The translations under genes were made by a program, and so were the position numbers. DNA of 64,000 nucleotides from Rhodothermus sp. (lineage in GTDB: Bacteria > Bacteroidota > Rhodothermia > Rhodothermales > Rhodothermaceae). The stretch lies in NCBI GenBank assembly GCA_030950375.1, contig JAUZRN010000018.1, positions 18,629 through 82,628 on the forward strand, read 5' to 3'. The notes below the pieces were generated by a model. The model made no database searches. It was not told where the DNA came from and saw only the letters and a program-made list of their open reading frames with translations. Positions within the stretch are counted from its first letter, which is position 1. Each line of letters begins with the position of its first letter. Shown here in pieces: positions 9,879 to 20,289 of this stretch.

Positions 9879-11288
9879 TTACGTCTGAGGAGGGAGCGGT
9901 CTGACCTCAATACGGCGTCCCTGTACCCGTACAACTTCAACGGGCGTGCCAGCTGCCACGAACTGGCCCGACGATACCACGTCGTAACGCCGTCCCTCAA
10001 TTTCAACTACACCAGCAGGCCGCAGGGGCGTAAGTGCCTGGCCCTGCTTTCCTACCAGCTGTTTGTCGGCGGCTGCAGCCGTATAGCCCTGCGTACGTGA
10101 TAACCCACTCCCCAGCACCAGCTCCTGAAAACGCCGGGTGCGCGGGATGTAACGTCCCAGTACCACCGCGCTTATTCCTACCAGCACCAGCGCACTGACC
10201 AGCGTAGCAATCGCACGCGTAATCTGCTGGGCTGAAGGAAACGATAACCCGATGTTCCCGATCAGCGCCGCCAGCAAGCCTACCAGCATGAACAGGATAC
10301 CGGCAATGCCAGCAATACCGAAGCCTGGAATTACCAGCAGCTCCACCAGTAGCAACCCAACTCCTACCAGAAAAAGCAATACCTCCCAGAACTCAACCAG
10401 GCCGGAGAGATAGTTCGGCGCAAAAAAGAGCAACGCGCCCGCTAACGCGATCAGTCCAGAAAGTCCCACCCCCGGTGTCTGCAGTTCGAAGTAGAGTCCG
10501 CCCAGCATCATCAGCAAAAACAGGGTCTGCAGCACGGGTGACGCCAGCACCCGCAGCACCCGCTCCGTGCTCGTCTGGGCAAAGGCCACGATCGGATGTG
10601 GGCCATATCCCAGCACCTGCAGGACTTCGTCGATCGATGCGGCAATGGCATCGGCCACGCCCAGCCGCAGCGCTTCCTGTGCCGAGAGCGTTAACACCTT
10701 ACCTGCCGGTACTACCCCTTCGATGGCTACGTCCGGATCGACCATAGCCTCGGCAATGCGCGGATCGCGACCGTTCGCCTCGGCTGTTGCCCGCATCAAC
10801 GCGCGCATATAGCTCTGGTATTTGTCCGGTGCTGCCTCACCAGTTGTGCCTTCAACCACTGTAGCTGCTCCCATGGAAGCGCCCGGTGCCATGACGATAC
10901 GATCGCAGGCATAGGCAATCAGGGCGCCGGCCGAAGCAGCATTTTTGTCAATGAAAGCAATGGTCGGCAGAGGTGTATCCAGTATATGCTGGCGAATCTG
11001 ATCGGCCGCCGTTACCAGTCCCCCGAACGTATCAATACGAAATACAATGGCCGCTGCATCAGCCGCTTCCGCCTCCCGGATGGCTCGATCAATGTACTGC
11101 ACCAGCACCTTATCTACCATGCCCTCTACTGCTACCACATAGACCGGCCCTTCTGAAGCACGGCTGGCTGTACCGATGCCCGACCACAGGGCCAACCACC
11201 CAAGGCATATCCCCCAGAGACTTCGCATAACCGTTGGTCTTCGCCCGATTTCTTCTCCACCTACGCAAAATTTTTCAGGAAGGTTCAC
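9879..11288 (-). CDS. Long NfeD (ClpP-class protease domain, TM region, OB fold); true start probably about 11228
   Basis: Motifs IDTFGG, AASAGALIAYACDRIVMAPGASMGAA, EAMVDPD, ELQTPG and TPLRPAG. Confidence 0.9.
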   Translation of the reverse strand: MNLPEKFCVGGEEIGRRPTVMRSLWGICLGWLALWSGIGTASRASEGPVYVVAVEGMVDKVLVQYIDRAIREAEAADAAAIVFRIDTFGGLVTAADQIRQHILDTPLPTIAFIDKNAASAGALIAYACDRIVMAPGASMGAATVVEGTTGEAAPDKYQSYMRALMRATAEANGRDPRIAEAMVDPDVAIEGVVPAGKVLTLSAQEALRLGVADAIAASIDEVLQVLGYGPHPIVAFAQTSTERVLRVLASPVLQTLFLLMMLGGLYFELQTPGVGLSGLIALAGALLFFAPNYLSGLVEFWEVLLFLVGVGLLLVELLVIPGFGIAGIAGILFMLVGLLAALIGNIGLSFPSAQQITRAIATLVSALVLVGISAVVLGRYIPRTRRFQELVLGSGLSRTQGYTAAAADKQLVGKQGQALTPLRPAGVVEIEGRRYDVVSSGQFVAAGTPVEVVRVQGRRIEVRPLPPQT

Positions 11289-11299
11289 GGAGCTGCCGG

Positions 11300-11908
11300 T
11301 TATTCGACGCGGCCTCGCGCCAGCTGATAGATATGTTTACGGACAATCTCTACTTCTTCGAAATGACGGCGTACGAAGTTTTCAAACCCCTGCCGATTCC
11401 AGAACTGCACATGTCCGGGGTCATCGCTAACGCCCAGCCACTGCCCGAGCACGTTCAACCATCGGAAATACGGCTCCAGCGGCACCGTGAGTACGACATA
11501 CTGCCGGGCCACGCGCTTCAACTCGTGCATAGCCCGGTCCGGTTCGTCCAGATGCTCCAGCACCTCGCTACAGACCACCGTGTCAAACGCCCCATCTGGA
11601 AACGGTAGCGCGTAAATATCCGCCTGCAGAAACGTTGCCAGCGCTCCGAAATGCTTGCGGGCATAGGATAGTGCCGTTTCTGATAGATCGACGCCTGTAA
11701 TGTCGGCCGCTGGCAACTGTTCTTTGAGAAAAGCTGCCACAAAGCCTTCACCACAACCCACATCCAGAATGCATCGTGGCTGCGTTGCTACGACAAGCCG
11801 TCCCAGTTCGTTTAAAAACTGCCGAATATGCCAGCGATAGATCCGGTTGTTGACCGTATAGCGTCGCGCGTTACCCGATACTTCCATACCGTACTGGTTA
11901 TGGTTCAA
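11300..11908 (-). CDS. Class I SAM-dependent methyltransferase
   Basis: Motifs ILDVGCGEG, ITGVDLSE, LPFPDGAFDTVVCSEVLEHL. Confidence 0.9.
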   Translation of the reverse strand: MNHNQYGMEVSGNARRYTVNNRIYRWHIRQFLNELGRLVVATQPRCILDVGCGEGFVAAFLKEQLPAADITGVDLSETALSYARKHFGALATFLQADIYALPFPDGAFDTVVCSEVLEHLDEPDRAMHELKRVARQYVVLTVPLEPYFRWLNVLGQWLGVSDDPGHVQFWNRQGFENFVRRHFEEVEIVRKHIYQLARGRVE

Positions 11909-12668
11909 TCAGAACAGGCGTGCCGATGACCACCAGTGGCCAGATAGCGTCCATGTCTTCGTTGCGAAGCGCCACGCATCCCTGCGTCCAGGTGATCTGC
12001 TGGCCGGTGCCGTCACCGTGAATTTCGATCCAACCGCCCAGCGCGGTGTTCATCGGGGGCATCCGAAAATACGCTTCGGCCTCGACGATCGCTCGATACT
12101 CTGCTTCGCTGATCAATCCTTCACGCAGGCCACGCAGCGCATCATCGGCGGTCGGATAGTTCAGTACCAGTGCCTTGTAATACTGACTCCGCGCATTTTT
12201 GGCCGCAACGTAGAAGACGCCTTCCGGTGTGCGCCAGTCATCGGGATTGGCTACACTCCCCCGTCGCTTTTTGTCAGAAAACGGATTCGTGCCCAGATCC
12301 ACCGGAAAGCTGCGCACCAGACGCGTTCCCCGATACACAAAAAGCCGCCGCTGGCGCTTGGAGACCCGCAGCCAGACGTTCGACAGATCGTGCGCCATCA
12401 CATATCCCACAGCCCCGTCCTGCGTGCGCACGCGCCACCACCTCCCCACGCGTTCGAGCACCTGCACGGGCTCGCGCCGCTTCAATACCAGATACGCGGC
12501 CTCACCAGGACGCGCATGCAATAGCGTTCGCTCGGCAGCTACATAGTAGAGGGCCTGACCGGAATCGGGCGTAGCAATCCGTCCACTGCTGAACGCCAGC
12601 AATATACCGAGCCAGACCGCTAACATGGTGTTGCTCCGTACGTGTTGGCTTAAAATAATGCAGCGCAA
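11898..12668 (-). CDS. SH3 + YkuD L,D-transpeptidase family protein
   Basis: Signal peptide, SH3-like WWRVRTQDGAVGYV, RTPEGVFYV, and catalytic IEIHG..WTQGCVAL. Confidence 0.88.
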   Translation of the reverse strand: MRCIILSQHVRSNTMLAVWLGILLAFSSGRIATPDSGQALYYVAAERTLLHARPGEAAYLVLKRREPVQVLERVGRWWRVRTQDGAVGYVMAHDLSNVWLRVSKRQRRLFVYRGTRLVRSFPVDLGTNPFSDKKRRGSVANPDDWRTPEGVFYVAAKNARSQYYKALVLNYPTADDALRGLREGLISEAEYRAIVEAEAYFRMPPMNTALGGWIEIHGDGTGQQITWTQGCVALRNEDMDAIWPLVVIGTPVLIEP

Positions 12669-12677
12669 CGCGCCATG

Positions 12678-13472
12678 CTACGAAGCCACCCTCTTTTGCT
12701 GATCCTGTTTGTTATGATGCACACACCATCGATAGGCGGCCAGCACTCCTTCGATGGTGCGCTCCTCCATGACAAAGGAAACCTGTTGCCGTACTGTTGC
12801 TGTCGCGTTAGCCGGTGCAAAAGCGTAGCCGACAAGTTCCAGCGCGCCCAGATCTCCGTTCGCATCGCCTATATAAGCCACCTCCTCGCTTATCAGTCCA
12901 AGCGTCTCCATGAGCCACTGCAATCCTTCACGTTTGGTGAAGCCGCGCGGGACGACGTCGATGGAAATATGCGTATGAAATACGTGAAAGGCTGGGAAAT
13001 GCGCGGCCACGTATTCCTCAACAACGGGCACCAGGCGCAGGATTTCCTCCGGATTGGGGCCTACCATCCCGGCCTGCGTGCGCTTGCCAATGTCAAGCAT
13101 CAGCGACGTGCCTGGAATACAGTGTGCGACCATCCAGCGACGTAACGCTTCGACCTGCTCGGCCAGTTCGTCGGTGAAGTTCGGATGCCAGCGCACCACC
13201 GCTGCACGCGGATCGAACATGCCGGCACCTGCTTCGAAAAGCACCGGCACCTGGACCCCCAGTACCTGCGTGACAGCCTCGACGTACGGATAAGGACGTC
13301 CTGAACAGATCGAAAAAGCCGGCAGCGAAGGATGATCACCGGGCCGACCGGCCTGCCGGATCAGATCGGCCAGGGCTTGAAAGCGATCCAGAGCAAAAGG
13401 CCGATAGGGTTCCGCCAGACAACCATCAATATCGGAAACAAACAGGCGAATCATGGAACTTCGCTGTTTCAC
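12678..13472 (-). CDS. HAD-superfamily hydrolase (class IIB-like)
   Basis: Motif I DIDGCL, CSGR, K in TKREGL, and motif IV YIGDANGD. Confidence 0.85.
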   Translation of the reverse strand: MKQRSSMIRLFVSDIDGCLAEPYRPFALDRFQALADLIRQAGRPGDHPSLPAFSICSGRPYPYVEAVTQVLGVQVPVLFEAGAGMFDPRAAVVRWHPNFTDELAEQVEALRRWMVAHCIPGTSLMLDIGKRTQAGMVGPNPEEILRLVPVVEEYVAAHFPAFHVFHTHISIDVVPRGFTKREGLQWLMETLGLISEEVAYIGDANGDLGALELVGYAFAPANATATVRQQVSFVMEERTIEGVLAAYRWCVHHNKQDQQKRVAS

Positions 13473-15031
13473 AGGTAAACTACCTTCATGAGAATCCCCA
13501 CTGGATGTACCACCGGCTGGTCTGTCGCCTCGGGCAGGTGCAGCGCAGCTGCGCGGGCGTCAACATATCGAACTTGCGCACCCTGTTGGACGGCCAGCTG
13601 AAACGGCAGCCCCTGCAGTGTACCCTCGTCGCCTGCCACCTTCCACGTGAGCCGATGCTGTGCGGCCTCCCAGCGCACTCGAAGCTCCGGTAGCCGCTTT
13701 CCATAGACCCAGTAATCAAACAAAGCTTTCAGGTCCTGCCCGCTCACCTCTTCAAGCACGGCCCGGAAGCCCTCGGTTGAAAGCGGCTTGCCGGCAAAGC
13801 GATGGTAGACGGTCTGCAACGCCCGCCGGAATGTCGCATCGCCCAGTTTTAGCCGGAGCAGGTGCAACACGGCGGCCCCTTTTCGATAGGGGACCCAGGT
13901 CAAATGCACCTCCGGGTCCACATACCGACCGGGCACCAGCGCACCATGTAGCTGAAGGGCATCGGACGTCAGACGGGCCATATCGACCCATTGCTGACGC
14001 GCTACCTCAAAGCCGTCGTAGGCTTCGTAGAACAGCGTGGTCAGGTAGGTCGCTATCCCTTCCGATAGCCACAGGTCGCGCCACCCGGCTATCGTGACCC
14101 GGTTCCCAAACCACTGATGCACCAGCTCGTGTACCTGTACCCCCTCCACGTTGCCCCCTTCAAATAGATCAGCGCGCACGAAAGGAGCCGATGCATTTTC
14201 CATGCCGGCATAGTCGATCGGGACCTGCACGACCGCATAACTGCGATACGGATAGGGCCCCAACCAGCGACTCAGCCAGTGCAGGGCGGTAAGCGTGCGG
14301 CGCAGGTGATAGATCTGATGCTGATCGGATGGCAGCAGGTAATAGCGTACCGGTAGGACATGTTCGGCCACGGTATCCACCTGCACAAAACGGGCCACGG
14401 CAAATGCGAAACTGTAGGTAGGGGCCGTAGCGTCAAGCTGCCAGCGGAAACGTACGCCGTCGGCAAGCGTGTCGACACGTACCAGACGGCCGCTACCGAC
14501 TGCCTGATAACCTGCTGGTACGGTGAGTGCCAGAGCCAGCGTGGCCGGATCTGAGGGATGGTGCACGGCTGGCAGCCAGGCACATCCCCGATAAGGCCAG
14601 GAATCGGTAAATACAACCTGCTGCCCCTTATAGGTGGCTGTGTACAAGCCTTCGGAAGGAGTGCCCCGGTACCAGAGCGTCACCTGCGTCTGCAACGCCC
14701 CGTTCAGGGGGACAATCAACCGACGACCTCGACGCACAGGTGCCACTGCACGCCCATCCACCTTGGCCGAATCGACCACCAGCATACCAAAACACAGGGG
14801 CAATTCGGCCGCTGACTGCGTGCGACGCACTTCCATTGTCACCTTTCCCACCAGACGACGCGTCTCCGGATCGAGCTGTAGCGCCACCTCATAATGCCGC
14901 ACATCAACTCCCACCGGAGGCAGATAAACCGGATAGGGCGGTGCCTGACATCCCACCAGAAATAGCACCACCAGCCATCGCTTCCAACCACCCGGGTTTA
15001 CCAGGCTGTCATGTGCACGCATGCGCTTCAC
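13469..15031 (-). CDS. M1-family aminopeptidase (probable lipoprotein)
   Basis: LVGC lipobox-like segment, AGMEN, HELVHQWFG..WLSEG and YRKGA. Confidence 0.9.
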   Translation of the reverse strand: MKRMRAHDSLVNPGGWKRWLVVLFLVGCQAPPYPVYLPPVGVDVRHYEVALQLDPETRRLVGKVTMEVRRTQSAAELPLCFGMLVVDSAKVDGRAVAPVRRGRRLIVPLNGALQTQVTLWYRGTPSEGLYTATYKGQQVVFTDSWPYRGCAWLPAVHHPSDPATLALALTVPAGYQAVGSGRLVRVDTLADGVRFRWQLDATAPTYSFAFAVARFVQVDTVAEHVLPVRYYLLPSDQHQIYHLRRTLTALHWLSRWLGPYPYRSYAVVQVPIDYAGMENASAPFVRADLFEGGNVEGVQVHELVHQWFGNRVTIAGWRDLWLSEGIATYLTTLFYEAYDGFEVARQQWVDMARLTSDALQLHGALVPGRYVDPEVHLTWVPYRKGAAVLHLLRLKLGDATFRRALQTVYHRFAGKPLSTEGFRAVLEEVSGQDLKALFDYWVYGKRLPELRVRWEAAQHRLTWKVAGDEGTLQGLPFQLAVQQGAQVRYVDARAAALHLPEATDQPVVHPVGILMKVVYL

Positions 15032-15879
15032 GCCTGCCTTTCTTTCGATGCTGCTACACCCAGCGGTTCTGCCAACGTCTCGATCAGTTCGTCAGAGATC
15101 CCCATGCTGCTGAAGCCGCCGTCGTGATAAAGCGTCTGCATGGTCACCATGCGCGTCAGATCACTCAGCAGCGTAACCGTATAGTCGGCACAGCTTCTGG
15201 CATCAGCGTTGCCCAGTGGCGCCACACGCTGGGCAAACTCGTACATTGCATCAAAGCCTGCAATGCCTGAACCGGCCGTGGTCGGCGTAGGACTCTGAGA
15301 AATCGCATTGATGCGAATGCGCCGTTTGCCCAGCCGATACCCCCACGAGCGGACAATGCTTTCGAGCAACGCCTTGGCATCCCCCATTTCCGAATACTTT
15401 GAAAACGTACGCTGCGCTCCGATATAGCTCAGCGTCACAATCGATGCCCCGTCAGCCAGCGCTTCCTGTTTAAGGGCACAGTGAATGATGCGGTGCAGAC
15501 TGATGGCCGAAATGTCAAGCGTCTTGATATACCAGTCATAGTTCAGGTCTTCATAAGGGCGATTCTTTCGGATGTTTAGTCCCATTCCGATCGAATGGAC
15601 AATAAAATCCAGCGGCCCGAACGTTTCCCGAGCCTGCCGGAAGAGGGCCATCAGGTCGTCATTGTTGGTGGCGTCAGCCCAGATGATCGGACTATTGGTC
15701 CTTTCGGCCAACTTTTCGAGTGTGCCCAGCCGCCGAGCCACCGGCGCGTTCGACAGAATGAACCGTCCTCCCTCACGATATACAGCTTCGGCAATCGCCC
15801 AGGCAATGCTCTGCTCGTTCAGCGCTCCGAAAATGATCCCTTTTTTGCCTTCCAGCAATCCATAGCTTTTCGCTGCCAT
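15028..15879 (-). CDS. fabI: Enoyl-ACP reductase FabI
   Basis: Motifs GALNEQSIAW, LDFIVHSIG, YSEMGDAKALLES, IRINAISQSP and TLYHDGG. Confidence 0.92.
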   Translation of the reverse strand: MAAKSYGLLEGKKGIIFGALNEQSIAWAIAEAVYREGGRFILSNAPVARRLGTLEKLAERTNSPIIWADATNNDDLMALFRQARETFGPLDFIVHSIGMGLNIRKNRPYEDLNYDWYIKTLDISAISLHRIIHCALKQEALADGASIVTLSYIGAQRTFSKYSEMGDAKALLESIVRSWGYRLGKRRIRINAISQSPTPTTAGSGIAGFDAMYEFAQRVAPLGNADARSCADYTVTLLSDLTRMVTMQTLYHDGGFSSMGISDELIETLAEPLGVAASKERQA

Positions 15880-15957
15880 AAGACTTCCATGTGTTTTGTG
15901 GACGGGAATGCCCTGAAAAATAGCACGAGCCCGTAGCTCTACGAAAGTCTGTACTGC

Positions 15958-16776
15958 TCAGGCATAGACATGGTGCAACGGCGCCACCAGCTCGCAAAGA
16001 GCTTCATGCAACCGCCCGTTGGTCGCCAGCAGCTGGCGTGCAAAGGTAGGATCGGGCCGTCCGTGAAAGTCCGTGACCCGTCCCCCGCCTTCTTCGACCA
16101 ACAGCACCCCGGCAGCCACGTCCCAGGGACTCAGACCTGTTTCAAAAAAGCCGTCAAATCGTCCACAGGCTACCCAGGCCAGGTCGATCGAAGCTGCACC
16201 CGGTCGCCGCACACCCTGTGCTGCACGCATCACACGCCCGAGCGCCTCCAGGTATTCTTCCAGATGGCCCATTTCCCGATACGGGAAACCCGTTGTGATG
16301 AGCGCCTCCCGAAGCGTTGGGGTCGAACTCACGCGTGCCCGCACACCGTTGACGTACACGCCCCCACCTTTCACTGCTGTAAACAGCTCATCGTGCGGCA
16401 CGTCATAAACAACGCCAACCACTGTCTGTCCCTCATGCTGCAGTGCCAGGCTGATGCCGTAAGGCGGCACTCCATGTGTGAAGTTGGTCGTGCCATCGAT
16501 CGGATCAATGATCCATCGAAACGGCGTTCTTTCCTGACCGTGCGTCGTCTCGCCCAGATCCTCTTCGGCCAGTATCGCGTGTTCGGGGAAGTTCCGTCGA
16601 ATCGCCTCGGTCAGAAAGTGCTGTACTTCTTCGTCGGCCTGCGTCACTAACTCATTGTGGCCTTTTTCACGAACAGTTACCCGGCCGGCATAATAGCGCA
16701 CGATCTGGCCAGCCTCACGAGCCAGGCGGGCTGCCACATTGCGAATTTCCTCATACAGGGGACATGGTTCCATCAT
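15958..16776 (-). CDS. suhB: Inositol monophosphatase SuhB
   Basis: Motifs LVTQADE, WIIDPIDGTTNF and WDVAAG. Confidence 0.92.
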   Translation of the reverse strand: MMEPCPLYEEIRNVAARLAREAGQIVRYYAGRVTVREKGHNELVTQADEEVQHFLTEAIRRNFPEHAILAEEDLGETTHGQERTPFRWIIDPIDGTTNFTHGVPPYGISLALQHEGQTVVGVVYDVPHDELFTAVKGGGVYVNGVRARVSSTPTLREALITTGFPYREMGHLEEYLEALGRVMRAAQGVRRPGAASIDLAWVACGRFDGFFETGLSPWDVAAGVLLVEEGGGRVTDFHGRPDPTFARQLLATNGRLHEALCELVAPLHHVYA

Positions 16777-16844
16777 ATCTATCGGAGCTAATTGCCGGGC
16801 AAAGACGTTCTTTCGACGCTTCGCCTTCTAAACCGCTGGCCAAC

Positions 16845-17636
16845 ATGCGTTCCCTGTGCTGGATGGGATTCCTGTGTGTTTTCGGTCTGGCATGTCAGCC
16901 CTCGGCCACAGGCCCCCCACCGTCCACCCCGCTTTCGATGGGGAACATTGAGACAGCACCTGTACGCCAGGCTTTCGAGCGCCTGGCGCGGGATACCTTT
17001 CGAATGCGCCGTACCCTGCTCCTACTGGACAGCCGCGGCCACCTGCTGGGACAGGACGTGCGCACAGGCTTTTACCACCCCGATACGGGCCTGCGCTGGC
17101 TTCGCATCGACCAGCACGGCCGTTTTCCCTCTGGCCTTTTCCCCCAGACCGTTCGTCAACGCACTCCGTTGACCGTCACGCAATTTCTCTGGCCTGATCC
17201 CCTGCCGTTTCTCCAGCCACGCCAGCGTGATGCGTATCGTTTGCAGCCGCTGCCCGACACGACATACGGGCAACGACGCATTGCTCGCCTGCGCGTTTAC
17301 ACCGCCGACACGGCACAGACCGCATCCTCTGCGACGCTTCAGGGCATGCTCTACCTTGATGGACAACAGCTCATCGGGGTTGAGCTTCAGGAATCACACA
17401 CGACCCTCTTCAGCACAGAGCGCCGTTATCTGAGCATCTGGCTCAATCCGAACGACAGAAGGCTGGTCCGGGAGCAGCTGATCCTGGAAGTGGATCCGAT
17501 CGGCTGGCCGCCATACCGCTTCTGCGTGGAGACGCAATACACGTACGGTGCGCAGGCAACCCACGCAGAAATCCTTCAGGCTTCCGGTTTCTGTCCGCTC
17601 CCTTCTGCTGACGACCATCCTGGGGATCGTTCATGA
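16845..17636 (+). CDS. Hypothetical lipoprotein (ORF open from 16764; ATG 16845 preferred)
   Basis: MRSLCWMGFLCVFGLAC lipobox; the stop overlaps the coaX start (ATGA coupling). Confidence 0.7.
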   Translation: MRSLCWMGFLCVFGLACQPSATGPPPSTPLSMGNIETAPVRQAFERLARDTFRMRRTLLLLDSRGHLLGQDVRTGFYHPDTGLRWLRIDQHGRFPSGLFPQTVRQRTPLTVTQFLWPDPLPFLQPRQRDAYRLQPLPDTTYGQRRIARLRVYTADTAQTASSATLQGMLYLDGQQLIGVELQESHTTLFSTERRYLSIWLNPNDRRLVREQLILEVDPIGWPPYRFCVETQYTYGAQATHAEILQASGFCPLPSADDHPGDRS

Positions 17637-18406
17637 TCTGGTTGGCTCTGGATCTCGGCAACAGCGCACTGAAAGGGGGCCTGTTTGAAAAAGCAGGTCG
17701 GCTGGTGCATACATTTCGCCTGACCGAGCGCGACGCAGCGCAGTGGCCAGAGCAGCTCACCCGGGCGCTGCACGGTCAGAAGCTGGCCCGAGCCGCCATG
17801 GCATCAGTCGTGCCTCCGCGTACGCCCATGGTGCAGGAGATCGTTCATCAACAGACAGGCGTGCGTCCGGTACTGATCAGCCCCGATTGGCAGTTACCCT
17901 TCACGCTGGCCTACGAAACCCCGCATACGCTGGGCACCGACCGGCTGGCAGCGGCTGTTGCTGCATGGGAAATCTACGGACGACCGCAGCGTCGTCCTGT
18001 TCTGGCCCTGCTGGCAGGGACCGCACTCACCATCGAAGTGGTCGAGGCAAACGGTTGCTACCCAGGCGGTGTCATTGCCCCCGGTCCGATGCTAATGCGC
18101 CAGGCCCTGGCGCACGGCACAGCCCAGCTTCCGGAAGTGCCGTTGGAGTGGCCGACCACACCGATCGGACGTTCTACACAAACGGCTATCCAGGCTGGAT
18201 TGCTTTATGGCTTTGTTGAAAGTGTTCGTGGACTACTGCAGCGGCTGGGCAAGAACCTGGAGCCTTCCCCCATCGTCGTTCTTAGTGGCGGCTGGGGCAC
18301 GCTACTGAAGACGCATCTTCCAGATATAGATGTGCATGATCCGCATCTGGTGCTCCGGGGCATTTACCATCTATTGGCGCTTAACCCTGAACGTGGCCTA
18401 CCGTGA
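17633..18406 (+). CDS. coaX: Type III pantothenate kinase
   Basis: Motifs LDLGNSALK, LGTDRLAA, GTALT, GGVIAPG, and IGRSTQTAIQAG. Confidence 0.93.
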   Translation: MIWLALDLGNSALKGGLFEKAGRLVHTFRLTERDAAQWPEQLTRALHGQKLARAAMASVVPPRTPMVQEIVHQQTGVRPVLISPDWQLPFTLAYETPHTLGTDRLAAAVAAWEIYGRPQRRPVLALLAGTALTIEVVEANGCYPGGVIAPGPMLMRQALAHGTAQLPEVPLEWPTTPIGRSTQTAIQAGLLYGFVESVRGLLQRLGKNLEPSPIVVLSGGWGTLLKTHLPDIDVHDPHLVLRGIYHLLALNPERGLP

Positions 18407-19042
18407 AATCTGAGCGTGCTGCTCCAGCAGCGCGGCAACGCGGGCAATGACCATGTCGATAGCAACCTGGTTGTACCCCCCTCCTGGAATGATCACATCC
18501 GCCAGACGTTTAGACGGTTCCACAAACTCCAGATGCATGGGCCGTACCGTCCGCTCATATTGATCCAGAATCGCCTCAATCGTACGACCGCGCTCCTGCA
18601 GGTCGCGCCGAATACGTCGAATCAACCGTACATCGTCGGGCGCATCCACGAACAACTTGATATCCATGAGCTCTCGCAAGGCAGGCTCGGCCAGTACCAG
18701 AATCCCCTCTACAATGATGACCGGACGGGGCTCGACGCGCACCGTGTAGGGTTCGCGCGTATGTGTGGTAAAGTTATAGACAGGTTTCTCGACAGGTTGG
18801 CCGGCCAGCAGGGCTTCGAGATGGGCCCGCAACAAGGGCGTTTCCAGGGCGTCCGGGTGATCAAAGTTCATCTGAACCCGGGCTTCAAAAGGCAGATGAC
18901 TCAGGTCGCAATAATAGGCATCGTGCTCTAAAACAGCGATCTGATCTGGTCCAAAGGCTTCAATGATGCGACGCAGGACGGTGGTCTTTCCAGAACCTGA
19001 TCCCCCGGCAATGCCGATCACCACCGGTCGTCCCATCGCCAT
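18398..19042 (-). CDS. udk: Uridine kinase
   Basis: Motifs GIAGGSGSGKTT, NFDHPDA and RDLQERGR. Confidence 0.96.
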   Translation of the reverse strand: MAMGRPVVIGIAGGSGSGKTTVLRRIIEAFGPDQIAVLEHDAYYCDLSHLPFEARVQMNFDHPDALETPLLRAHLEALLAGQPVEKPVYNFTTHTREPYTVRVEPRPVIIVEGILVLAEPALRELMDIKLFVDAPDDVRLIRRIRRDLQERGRTIEAILDQYERTVRPMHLEFVEPSKRLADVIIPGGGYNQVAIDMVIARVAALLEQHAQISR

Positions 19043-19864
19043 TCAGCTCCGCTTGACCATGACCAGCACAGCCCGGCGCGTCGATTCGTCGAACTGACTG
19101 GCCGCTTCGTCCAACACAAACCCTTCTGCATCCCGCCAAGCCTTCAACCCTTCAAGGTCTTCAAGGCCTTCACGCACGATAAAATTAACCAGTCGCCCCC
19201 GCAAGGGCTTGACCCCATGTGATACCGGTCGCCGCGTACCGCCTTCTTCCTGAAAGAATTTGATCTCCACCATCTGCCGGTAGGTATGTGCATCGTCCCA
19301 GGCTTCCTGATGGGCAACTGGTAGCAGATTCCATACAAATCGGTCCTTCAGCAATTCGTTGAGAATGGGACTGATGTAAGGCCGCCAGTAATGCGCCACT
19401 TTGCCAATACCGGGCAGTACTGCGTCCATGCGCAGGCGGTAGTTCGGAATCAGGTCATCGGGCCGCAGTAGCCCGAACATACCCGAGAAGATAATCGTGT
19501 TTTCCAGAAAGCGACGTTGCGCACCTGTCGGCAGTCCCTGAAAGTCCAGCGCCTGGTACATCACCCCCGGGCTATAGCGATCAAGCGCGGCCATACGAGG
19601 CGCCTTGTAGATCGCCAGGTTGACCTGAATGGCCTCCTCCAGCGCCGGGCCTTTGACCCCAAAAATTTTTTCCAGATCTTCGCCGGCCTGAATAACCTGC
19701 TGCACTGCATCGATCAGCCGCCGCCGCTCTGGATTGAGTTCGTTAAAGTAGTTAAAGGTATTCGAGGCGCGATAGTCGAACATATCAGGCGCCAGCGGAT
19801 TCCCGCCGGACTTTTTGCCTTCGGCCGGTGGTAGCAGAATGGCAAACTCAGGCATGGATGGCAA
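19043..19864 (-). CDS. yaaA: YaaA/UPF0246 peroxide-stress DNA-binding protein
   Basis: Motifs LLPPAEGK, ALDRYSPGVMYQAL, SGMFGLLRPDDLIPNYRL and KPLRGRLV. Confidence 0.85.
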   Translation of the reverse strand: MPSMPEFAILLPPAEGKKSGGNPLAPDMFDYRASNTFNYFNELNPERRRLIDAVQQVIQAGEDLEKIFGVKGPALEEAIQVNLAIYKAPRMAALDRYSPGVMYQALDFQGLPTGAQRRFLENTIIFSGMFGLLRPDDLIPNYRLRMDAVLPGIGKVAHYWRPYISPILNELLKDRFVWNLLPVAHQEAWDDAHTYRQMVEIKFFQEEGGTRRPVSHGVKPLRGRLVNFIVREGLEDLEGLKAWRDAEGFVLDEAASQFDESTRRAVLVMVKRS

Positions 19865-19875
19865 ACCAGACGGCT

Positions 19876-20205
19876 TCAGGAGCTTGCAGAGGTTCGCTTC
19901 CGGCGCAGATTGCCCAGAAGGGCATCAATATCCTGGCGAATATTTTCGGCTTCAGCACGGGCATTGGCAACCAGGGCCTCTCCCATCCGGCGCGCCTCGC
20001 CGGGAGCAGGCGCATGCAGCAACTGTTCCCCCAGTCGTTGCAAGCGCTCACCCAGCTGTTCCAGCTGATAGGTAAGACGCCGACGTATCTGACCGCCCGT
20101 CTCCGGAGCAATCAAAAGCCCCACCACAAAGCCAGCCACACTTCCAAGCAGCGCGCCCAGCAGTCCGGCGCGAATTACTTCACCGGTGGAGTATGTCTTT
20201 TTCAT
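19876..20205 (-). CDS. YtxH-domain protein
   Basis: GALLGSVAGFVVGLLIAPETGGQIRRRL followed by a coiled coil. Confidence 0.88.
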   Translation of the reverse strand: MKKTYSTGEVIRAGLLGALLGSVAGFVVGLLIAPETGGQIRRRLTYQLEQLGERLQRLGEQLLHAPAPGEARRMGEALVANARAEAENIRQDIDALLGNLRRKRTSASS

Positions 20206-20289
20206 CCTGTTTGCCTCGCCCGTTGTTGTGAAAATAAACGAAAAGCTACGTCGGAAACCGACCGCAGCTTTTCTCTTAATCCGCGTAGC

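Noticed and set aside
5231-15031. Two M1 peptidases within 10 kb as a dedicated system
   Set aside because: They are on opposite strands, in different operons and distantly related; multiple M1 peptidases are common in this lineage.
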